Positions 40,302-47,658 of a stretch of 47,658 nucleotides of DNA are shown here, piece by piece (position 1 is the first letter of the stretch; the number at the start of each line of letters is the position of its first letter). The position numbers were made by a program, and so were the translations under genes. Source of the stretch: an uncultured Sulfurospirillum sp. (GTDB taxonomy: Bacteria; Campylobacterota; Campylobacteria; Campylobacterales; Sulfurospirillaceae). The notes below the pieces were generated by a model that saw nothing but the letters and a program-made list of their open reading frames with translations, was not told where the DNA came from and did not search any database. The stretch is from the NCBI GenBank assembly GCA_964530865.1, contig CAZHBU010000006.1:1-47658 (forward strand), given 5' to 3'.

Positions 40302-42046
40302 GATTTTGCCACCCTTATAATCTCATCTAATGTTGTTATTCCATTTGCAGCTCTTATAACTCCATCTTGGAACATATCTGTAAAACCTTCACTAACTGCT
40401 TGGTCATGAATCTCTTTTTTACTAGCACTTTGTGCTATCATGCTTGACATTTTTTCGCTTATAGGAAGAATTTCAGAAAGCATTTCTCTTCCTTTATATC
40501 CTGTTTGAGCACATTTTTCACAACCATGTTGCTTATAAAATTGATAGTTTTCTGGAATATATTGTTTTATATCTTCAAATACTGTTTGCGGAAGAGTGGT
40601 TTTCTCTTTACAATAAGGGCAAAGTTTTCTAACGAGTCTTTGTGCCTCAATGGCAACTAGTGAACCACTAAGTAGATAAGGCTCTATTCCCATATCCATA
40701 ACTCTAGTAATAGCACTAACAGAATCATTTGTATGTAGTGTTGAAAATACTAAGTGCCCAGTAAGTGCAGCTTGAACAGCTATACGAAGTGTTTCTGAAT
40801 CTCTAACCTCACCAATCATAATAATGTCAGGATCTTGTCTTAATATAGATTTAAGTGCACTTGCAAAAGTTAGTCCAGCTTTTTGATTTACTTGAACTTG
40901 CTGGGTAAGGTTTAGTTGATACTCTACGGGATCTTCAACTGTAATTATTTTTGTTGCTACATTTTTAATAGCATTTAAAGCTGCATAAAGAGTAGTTGTT
41001 TTACCACTTCCTGTTGGTCCTGTAACAAAGATGATACCATAAGGGGCTTTCATAGCTTTACTAAATTTTTTATAGTTGTTTGGATGCATACCTAAATCTT
41101 CAATATTAATCATAACTTTTGATTTATCTAGGATACGTATAACAATTGACTCACCATTTAGTATTGGTAGTGTAGAAATTCTAAAGTCAAATTCTTTCCC
41201 CAAGATAGTAGCTGAAAAACGACCATCTTGTGGTTTTCTTTTTTCCGCAATATCCATATTTGATAATAGTTTCATTCTTGAGGCTAGAGGAGGGTATATA
41301 TCTTTGTCAAATATAAATGTTTCATTAAGCATACCATCAATTCTACCTCTGACAATACAGTTGTTTTCTGTTGGTTCTATATGTATATCACTAGCACCAG
41401 CTAAAATAGTAGTTTTTAAAATAATTTCTATGAGTTTTAGTATGCCTGATGACTCTTGTGGGTTATCAGCAGCACTCGAAGTTATTTCTTTACGTATTTC
41501 ACCAATAAGTCCTTTTATGCTTTCGCTCATTTCTGCTTTATTTATATACTTTTCAATTTGAAATGGTTCTGAAATAATATATTTAACTAACTTTCTTGGA
41601 AAAATTCTTTGAACACCTTCTTGTGCATGCATATCCATAGGATCAATTAAGGCTATATATACATTAATTTCATCTTCTTTAATAGGAAGAGCACCAAATT
41701 TCTTAAGTTGAGCAAATGGTAGTTTTGCCAGCATTCTATAATCAATATCAACTGAATCTAAATCAATATATTCAAGTTTTAAATTTTTAGCCAACTCTTG
41801 CAAGAAAAATATAACCTCTAATGCAAAGTTATTATTTACTTCACCTAGCGTTATATATCCTTTTTTGTAGAATTCAATGACAAGTAGTATTAAGTCTTCT
41901 TGTCCAAAATAACCATTATCTACAAGTATGTCACCTAATAGATCTTTTGTGTCTTTGAGTCGTTCTGAAACTTGATTTGCACTATTTTCATCTATTATTC
42001 TATTTTTTATAAGATATGTTAAAAAGTTATCTGTTGCTTTACTCAT
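40298..42046 (-). CDS. GspE/PilB-family assembly ATPase (MshE/CtsE-like)
   Basis: ASDIHIEP, PQDGR, GPTGSGKT, EDPVE, LRQDPD, STLHTN, CPYC..CEKC. Confidence 0.95.
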   Translation of the reverse strand: MSKATDNFLTYLIKNRIIDENSANQVSERLKDTKDLLGDILVDNGYFGQEDLILLVIEFYKKGYITLGEVNNNFALEVIFFLQELAKNLKLEYIDLDSVDIDYRMLAKLPFAQLKKFGALPIKEDEINVYIALIDPMDMHAQEGVQRIFPRKLVKYIISEPFQIEKYINKAEMSESIKGLIGEIRKEITSSAADNPQESSGILKLIEIILKTTILAGASDIHIEPTENNCIVRGRIDGMLNETFIFDKDIYPPLASRMKLLSNMDIAEKRKPQDGRFSATILGKEFDFRISTLPILNGESIVIRILDKSKVMINIEDLGMHPNNYKKFSKAMKAPYGIIFVTGPTGSGKTTTLYAALNAIKNVATKIITVEDPVEYQLNLTQQVQVNQKAGLTFASALKSILRQDPDIIMIGEVRDSETLRIAVQAALTGHLVFSTLHTNDSVSAITRVMDMGIEPYLLSGSLVAIEAQRLVRKLCPYCKEKTTLPQTVFEDIKQYIPENYQFYKQHGCEKCAQTGYKGREMLSEILPISEKMSSMIAQSASKKEIHDQAVSEGFTDMFQDGVIRAANGITTLDEIIRVAKS

Positions 42047-42049
42047 GGT

Positions 42050-42601
42050 TTACCAATATGTGCGTATTTTAATTATTTCCCTATTTTCATAGGTTCTTAA
42101 AAATATTTTTTTAACTTTTTGGTGCATCTCTGTTGATAACTTGTAACTTATATTACTATTTTCATCATCTTTGAACCAATAAGCACCATTTTTATAATTA
42201 TAATCTCCACTTACAAATTTATTAAAAATAATAGATAAAATATATTTTGTTTTTGGTAGATTAATATATGATATATCAACATCATCAACCAAAGCATGAT
42301 AAAGTAATTTTTTTTGATAAAGAATAGTAGCAAAATATGCTGCATTTTCTCTAGATTCAGCTGTTTTGTATAACTTAACTATAGGTAATATAGTTCTGTT
42401 AATCATATCTACTTCTAAACAAGAGTGAGCATATATATTTAAAAATTCCTCATCACTTTTATATTTTTGGTACAAATCTCCAGCTTTAAGACAAATTTTT
42501 CTATACTCTTTTCTATCATAAAGATTAAGTATATCATTTTTATCTATAGCATATGAAAATGTTGCTAATAGTATAAAAAACAAGGTCATTTTTTTAATCA
42601 T
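42050..42601 (-). CDS. Hypothetical exported protein in the pilus cluster
   Basis: Signal peptide MIKKMTLFFILLATFSYA; GGAG SD before ATG 42601; two Cys. Confidence 0.72.
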   Translation of the reverse strand: MIKKMTLFFILLATFSYAIDKNDILNLYDRKEYRKICLKAGDLYQKYKSDEEFLNIYAHSCLEVDMINRTILPIVKLYKTAESRENAAYFATILYQKKLLYHALVDDVDISYINLPKTKYILSIIFNKFVSGDYNYKNGAYWFKDDENSNISYKLSTEMHQKVKKIFLRTYENREIIKIRTYW

Positions 42602-43442
42602 CTGTGTCTCCAAGTTCTATTTTGTGCAATAGAGTATTTAAACTTTTTGAGCTATTATTTGAAAGATAAGCCTTTAAAGCTTTTATTGCATCATCTTGTT
42701 GGTTTAGTTGTACTTTTGATTTTGCAAACCAATACCAACTTTTTGTATTTTGAGCATCAGTATCATTGGCAATAAGTGCCCACTTTAAAGAGTTGTCATA
42801 CTCTTTTTCATAGTAATACTCTTCTGCTAACATTAAAGCAAATACTATACTAGAAGTAGTATAGTATTTATCTTTGAGGTAAGTAATAGTGTCAACTTCT
42901 TGCATATCAATTGATATTTTTACTTGTTTGTTTTCAACTTTATTTTTTGTTTCAGTAGTTTGAGTTTCTCTAATAGGTTGAATAATTTCTTGTTCATAAT
43001 TTACAATGTTATCTTGTCCTTCACTCATCTCTTCTTTGTTATTTAATGTACTAAGAGTTAAAAAACCATTTGAAGAGAATAGTTCACTTCCTTGATTTGT
43101 TGATTCGAGTTTAAAATGATATGGTTTTGAATCTATTTTTTTAATATCAATTTCACTAGGGACCGAAATTTTACTTTCTGTTATATTGGACTCATCCTTT
43201 ACTACTGCAATAGTAATATTTTTTTCTATAGTATAAATTTTCTTAATTTGTTGTTTAGCTTCATTAATAATTGTATTTTCTATTTTTTTAGGTTCCTTTG
43301 GTTTTTCTATAAAGATGTTATAAGCAATAAATAAAGTTATAATTAAGAATAAAGAAAGAGAAGCAAAAATTTTACTCTGTCGTTTTAATTTATATTTAGA
43401 CCATTTTTTTTCTAGCTCTATTATATCTTCAGCATTAAACAT
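42594..43442 (-). CDS. Membrane-anchored TPR-containing protein (CtsX/MshN-like)
   Basis: N-terminal TM, low-complexity linker and C-terminal TPR-like helices (LAEEYY..SLKWAL..SWYWFAKS); lies between the ATPase genes. Confidence 0.7.
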   Translation of the reverse strand: MFNAEDIIELEKKWSKYKLKRQSKIFASLSLFLIITLFIAYNIFIEKPKEPKKIENTIINEAKQQIKKIYTIEKNITIAVVKDESNITESKISVPSEIDIKKIDSKPYHFKLESTNQGSELFSSNGFLTLSTLNNKEEMSEGQDNIVNYEQEIIQPIRETQTTETKNKVENKQVKISIDMQEVDTITYLKDKYYTTSSIVFALMLAEEYYYEKEYDNSLKWALIANDTDAQNTKSWYWFAKSKVQLNQQDDAIKALKAYLSNNSSKSLNTLLHKIELGDTDD

Positions 43443-44241
43443 TGATCATTCCTAAGTTTATTGCAGCCATTTCTAAAAATTTTGTCTTAAGAGATTCACC
43501 TCTTACGACAGAAGGTTTATTTATATCATAATATTCTAATATTTCAAAATGTTTATACATTAGTTTATTTATAGTTCTTAAATTACCTTGCGTGACTTTC
43601 ATGAGGACTTTAAAATGTGCATCTTTAAACAATGAAAGATATTCAAATTTATTGTGGAAAAGCATCTTCTTTTCTATATATGTTTTTATTTCCTTATAAG
43701 AAGAATTGTGTAGTTCTATTGTTTCCCAAATCCTAGTTTGAAAATAATCTTTTGCTAAGACATCCTCTTTTTCGGTTTTATGGACCGTAAAAAGAAACTT
43801 GAATTTTCTTGAGTCTGACATAAGTCTAATTTTTTCAATGAGTTCTTGAGGATATAGTTGCGCTTCATCTATTAGAACTGTAACAGACTCTTTTTCATTA
43901 AGTTTTTGAGTAGCAGTAGATAAAAATTCATTGTAACCTGAAAATTCTGGAGAATTTTCTTTAAAAACATCTTCATATAATGCGTTCAAAAATTCTTTTT
44001 CTTCAAAAAAAGGTCTTGGGAAAAAAACTATATTTTTCTTATCTTTATAATCATTATAAATTTTTTGAAGTAGAAAAGTTTTACCGGTACCAGGTTTACC
44101 AAAAAAGAGAATCAGCTTTAATGGCTTATCAAGAGTTTGTACAAGTCTCTCATAAGCAAAAGCTGATTTATCTAAATTTACATAATCAAAAACTTCTCCA
44201 TCTACGAAGATGTTTTTGAGTCCTGTATAGTTACTGTTCAT
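43435..44241 (-). CDS. ExeA/MshM/CtsP-like AAA ATPase
   Basis: Walker A GKPGTGKT, Walker B LIDEAQ, GNLRTINKL. Confidence 0.85.
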   Translation of the reverse strand: MNSNYTGLKNIFVDGEVFDYVNLDKSAFAYERLVQTLDKPLKLILFFGKPGTGKTFLLQKIYNDYKDKKNIVFFPRPFFEEKEFLNALYEDVFKENSPEFSGYNEFLSTATQKLNEKESVTVLIDEAQLYPQELIEKIRLMSDSRKFKFLFTVHKTEKEDVLAKDYFQTRIWETIELHNSSYKEIKTYIEKKMLFHNKFEYLSLFKDAHFKVLMKVTQGNLRTINKLMYKHFEILEYYDINKPSVVRGESLKTKFLEMAAINLGMINV

Positions 44242-45703
44242 ATATTCTCTTGGAGAAACCTAAATCTTTTAGAGTTGCTTGTGTATCATCTTTTGGACCA
44301 ATTATTCTTGGTGTTATTACAAATATAAGTTCTTCAGTTTTCTTTGTTACTGACTCATGTTTAAATATTTCACCCAAAAGAGGTATATCACTTAAAATTG
44401 GTACATTTGAGCCTTTTAAACCTTCCGTATTCGTTATAAGTCCACCAAGTATAATAGTGTTTCCAGTTTTTACTTTAACTATGGTAGAAAGTTTCTTTTC
44501 TGAAGTATCTGGAGCTATTTCTCTTGGAGCAGTTCCAGGTAGTGTTCTAGTGTCATCATCAGAGTATTTAAAGTTACTAACTGCTGGATTTATTCTTAAA
44601 ATTATTTCATTATCTTTAGTTATCTCAGGAGTTATATTTAAAAGGACACCAATAAATATAGAAAAATTATCAAATGATTCACTAACTGTACCTGTAGCAT
44701 CAGCACTATTTTCAGTACTTTTTACTCTATAGTTTATATTGTCACCAATAGTTATAAGTGCTTGTTGGTTATTCATAGTTAGTACTTTTGGGCTTGATAT
44801 TACTTTGGTATCACCATTTATATTTAGAAAATCAACTAAACCTTCCATAGTAAATACTGCATTATTTACCATGTTTACTGTTGAGCTTGCAGCACCTGTA
44901 ATAAAGTCTTTAGTATCATCTCCTGTTGTCACACTTTTCAACGATAAATTAAAATTCTTCCAATTAACACCAGTTTCATGTCCTTTGTTTAAAACAACTG
45001 ATAATATACTAACGTCTATTAAAACTTGTTTGTGAAGGCTTTCTTGTAAAACTTTTATATAAGATTCTACCCTGTTTAATTGCTCTTTGGTTCCTGTTAT
45101 TGTTATTAACCCAGCATTTGAGTTAATTATTGGTGCTTTTGCAACATATTCTTCAGAGCCTGTGTTCATGATCGAAGTTATTTCAGACAACATAGTTGCC
45201 CAAAAATCAAATGTTTCAACAGAATTTATCGAGTGATCTCCATTTGTAGATGCAGTTGCTCCAGTAGATCCTTCTGATATAGTTATATCAACTGATGCAC
45301 TTAAATTGGCAGTACCTTGCCTAACAGAGGTTACATAGTCAATTTTGAATGTTTTAGTTTTCAAAGCAGAGATTTTTAAAAAGTTTTTACTATAATCGTA
45401 GTATAGATCATTATCTGAGATAAGTACATTGAAAATTTCATCTAAAGAAAGATTTTTAATGTTTATACCATATAACTCTTTTTCTAAAAGTGTAGAAGCA
45501 AAAGTATCTTTTACAACTATACTAAAATCACAACTATCAGCTATTTGAGTCAAGAGATCGATACTTGATACCTTTTCTGATGTCTTTATATTAAATACCC
45601 TATAATCACAACTCTTCGCCGCACTTAGTGGTTGACTTAAAATAGCCATAAGTGCTATTAGTAAGACATACTTATTTCGAAGAAAATTTAATTTTGTTAA
45701 CAT
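44231..45703 (-). CDS. Secretin (MshL/CtsD-like)
   Basis: TKTFKIDY, GLITITGT, QVLIDV, SSPKVLTMNNQQA, GVLLNITP, ILGGLI, PILSDIPLLGEIF, ELIFVITP. Confidence 0.93.
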   Translation of the reverse strand: MLTKLNFLRNKYVLLIALMAILSQPLSAAKSCDYRVFNIKTSEKVSSIDLLTQIADSCDFSIVVKDTFASTLLEKELYGINIKNLSLDEIFNVLISDNDLYYDYSKNFLKISALKTKTFKIDYVTSVRQGTANLSASVDITISEGSTGATASTNGDHSINSVETFDFWATMLSEITSIMNTGSEEYVAKAPIINSNAGLITITGTKEQLNRVESYIKVLQESLHKQVLIDVSILSVVLNKGHETGVNWKNFNLSLKSVTTGDDTKDFITGAASSTVNMVNNAVFTMEGLVDFLNINGDTKVISSPKVLTMNNQQALITIGDNINYRVKSTENSADATGTVSESFDNFSIFIGVLLNITPEITKDNEIILRINPAVSNFKYSDDDTRTLPGTAPREIAPDTSEKKLSTIVKVKTGNTIILGGLITNTEGLKGSNVPILSDIPLLGEIFKHESVTKKTEELIFVITPRIIGPKDDTQATLKDLGFSKRIYEQ

Positions 45704-46115
45704 TGCTCTTCCTTATAAAAAGTTCCTTTTTAAAGTGCTCATTTTTTATGATTACACTGTTACTTCTAATACTTGCTAATTTAAAATCGCCAATTTCACT
45801 ATGTAGTTTATACCATTGACCATTTAATTTAGCTTTTTTGTTAAATATTGCAGTTAAGATATAGGTAGGTTTTTTTTGAATTACCGTGCCATTACTATCT
45901 TGTGCAACTAATTTGGAATAAGTCATTATAAAAGGGTTTTTAACAGTGTCTATTTTTGAGTTAGACACACCAATTCTTTTTTCACTAATTTGTGAAAAAA
46001 ACTTATCATACTCTGCTATCTTTTTTTTAAAACTTTCAGTAAAATTATCATTTTTTGCTGCTACTAGAGTAGAAGACAGAATTAATGATAAAATTAATGC
46101 TACTATTGTTTTCAA
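45672..46115 (-). CDS. Exported pilus accessory protein (MshK/PilP-like)
   Basis: Signal peptide, NPF motif and LTAIFNKKAKLNGQWY; directly upstream of the secretin. Likely TTG start at 46115 overlapping the upstream TGA. Confidence 0.6.
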   Translation of the reverse strand: MKTIVALILSLILSSTLVAAKNDNFTESFKKKIAEYDKFFSQISEKRIGVSNSKIDTVKNPFIMTYSKLVAQDSNGTVIQKKPTYILTAIFNKKAKLNGQWYKLHSEIGDFKLASIRSNSVIIKNEHFKKELFIRKSNVNKIKFSSK

Positions 46116-46756
46116 TATTTCATCCCCCATACAGCTATATTAAGAGTTCCAGTTATTGTATCACTGCTCTCTAAATTTAGGTTGTTAATATCAACAACAA
46201 GCTCACTCTCTTCTAGCTCATTAATAAATTTCAGTATATTTTTAAATTCGCCATCAAAGTCTACTTGAACTGTTAAAACCTGTTTTATCTCTTGAAGATT
46301 TGGTTCAAAAAAGCTATTACCTATTAGAGCTATTTCAACACCATATTTTTGTCCTATAAAAGCTATAGAATCTATGAATTTTGCCCAATTTTTATCGTTG
46401 AACAGTAGATAAGATAACTCTTTTAGCTTTGTATCTACGTATGCATTTGCGTATTTTGTATCTTCAAGAAGTTTTCTCTGCTTTTTAACTTCTAAACTCA
46501 TCTTTTTAATAGTGAAATTTTTATCACCATTGCGTGTTACAGAGTTAAGATATGCTTTTTCTTGATTCAATTTAGAGTGTATACTTTTATGCGTGTTTTT
46601 AGTTTTTTTAAGTATTTTTTCAGTCACTGGAAAAAGAGATGAATAAATAACAAATCCAATAGTAACAAATATCATAAAAAATATTAGTGAAAGTTCGCTA
46701 CTTTTTTTGCCTTTAAGATAATTATCTATCTTATCGAATGTACTAGGTCCACTCAT
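46112..46756 (-). CDS. PilO/MshJ-like alignment subunit
   Basis: Single TM, coiled coil and a ferredoxin-like GEFKNILKFINELE segment. Confidence 0.75.
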   Translation of the reverse strand: MSGPSTFDKIDNYLKGKKSSELSLIFFMIFVTIGFVIYSSLFPVTEKILKKTKNTHKSIHSKLNQEKAYLNSVTRNGDKNFTIKKMSLEVKKQRKLLEDTKYANAYVDTKLKELSYLLFNDKNWAKFIDSIAFIGQKYGVEIALIGNSFFEPNLQEIKQVLTVQVDFDGEFKNILKFINELEESELVVDINNLNLESSDTITGTLNIAVWGMKY

Positions 46757-46758
46757 AA

Positions 46759-47658
46759 TTAAAGTCCTACCACTATCTGACTAAGATAAAGATTATTTTT
46801 AATATCTTTTTCAATTTTGTCAGTAGTTATTTTGTATTTTTTTAGTTTTGTTAACTCTTGAATAAACTCAGTTATCTTTTTTTCACTTCTGTTTTGTATA
46901 GAGAGAATTATTTGATTCTCTTTATAGCTAATTACAGATACTTTAGATTTATAGTAATTTGATATTTCAATTAATTCTACTAAAATAAGAGATTTCATTG
47001 AGTATTGAGTTTTCTTTTTGTGAATTTCAGTCAATAGTTTTTTTCTAAAATCCAGTTTATCAGATTCTTTTTTTACTAGTGCTACTATTTTGGCTCTTTC
47101 TTTTTTTAATTTTGCTATTTTAGCTCTTATTATATTTGCTTCATTATTGGCTAGTTTGTACTCTTTAGTAGCTTGATTCACTTGTATTTGCAAAAATTGT
47201 GAGTAGCCATACTGATAAGCAGGATATGCAATACTAAGAATAATACTAGTTGCAACTACCCCTACTAATTTACCAATAGGCCTCTCCTTGAAAGGAGGAG
47301 GACGCTTGTAAATTGAGAAGTTTAGTTTGTCATCTCTGTTTTCAAAATATACTTGTGATGTTAAACACATGAGTATATGTATTTGATCTACATACCACTC
47401 TTTTGAATTAATTGCTATACTAAAGTTAAACTCATAGGATTCAAGTCCTAAGTAACTTTTTGCATACTCATCAACACCCACAAACATACCAACTTCTGAA
47501 CCTATATATATTTTATCTATATTTTCAATATCATAAGATCGCTTTGCAAAGACGATAACATCATTAATATATAAAAATAGTTCACCAAAAAGCTGCATTA
47601 AAAATGATTGATATGAGACATTGGTGCTTTTTAGACCTTCTGTAGTAAGAAGTTTGTA
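46759..47658 (-). CDS. PilN/MshI-like protein, possibly fused to a PilM-like cytoplasmic part (5' end outside the window)
   Basis: The frame stays open from ATG 47598 to the window edge; cytoplasmic part, TM, coiled coil and ITEFIQEL segment. Confidence 0.65.
   Translation of the reverse strand, partial: YKLLTTEGLKSTNVSYQSFLMQLFGELFLYINDVIVFAKRSYDIENIDKIYIGSEVGMFVGVDEYAKSYLGLESYEFNFSIAINSKEWYVDQIHILMCLTSQVYFENRDDKLNFSIYKRPPPFKERPIGKLVGVVATSIILSIAYPAYQYGYSQFLQIQVNQATKEYKLANNEANIIRAKIAKLKKERAKIVALVKKESDKLDFRKKLLTEIHKKKTQYSMKSLILVELIEISNYYKSKVSVISYKENQIILSIQNRSEKKITEFIQELTKLKKYKITTDKIEKDIKNNLYLSQIVVGL

Noticed and set aside
39060-47658. Classical type II secretion system
   Set aside because: No GspC/L/M or pseudopilin set visible; the order and the ExeA-like and TPR genes fit MSHA/Cts better.

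Overview
AT-rich (roughly 30-33% GC by eye) chromosomal window from a Campylobacterota (Epsilonproteobacteria) bacterium, Sulfurospirillum-like by gene content (inference). Bases 1-2028 are the edge of an accessory island: a SMI1/KNR4 immunity gene coupled to a frameshifted HNH-type toxin tip that the ORF track misses, a structured leader, an orphan Cys-rich lipoprotein and a possible IS end. Core genes follow: an AsmA/YhdP-like gene overlapping head-to-head with mltG; a TCA cluster (icd, mdh, two-subunit fumarate hydratase, sucCD, oorDABC); an HI0933-family flavoprotein; murJ-cysS-msbA-(lysE)-pyrD-M16 peptidase-dapA-enoyl-ACP reductase-pgsA-rseP-yggS on the minus strand; fapA-ruvA-ddl-antitoxin-hydrolase-acyP-murF; pta-ackA; and sigma54-type flgH. 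The window ends in an MSHA/Cts-like type IV pilus or competence cluster cut off at the right edge. The most striking unexplained signal is a dispersed palindrome, TYTACATGTARA. I counted 20 copies of its TACATGTA core, 10 of them perfect 12-mers, mostly inside genes and in all reading frames. It behaves like a highly iterated palindrome, DNA-uptake sequence or nucleoid-protein site. I saw no rRNA, tRNA or CRISPR array.
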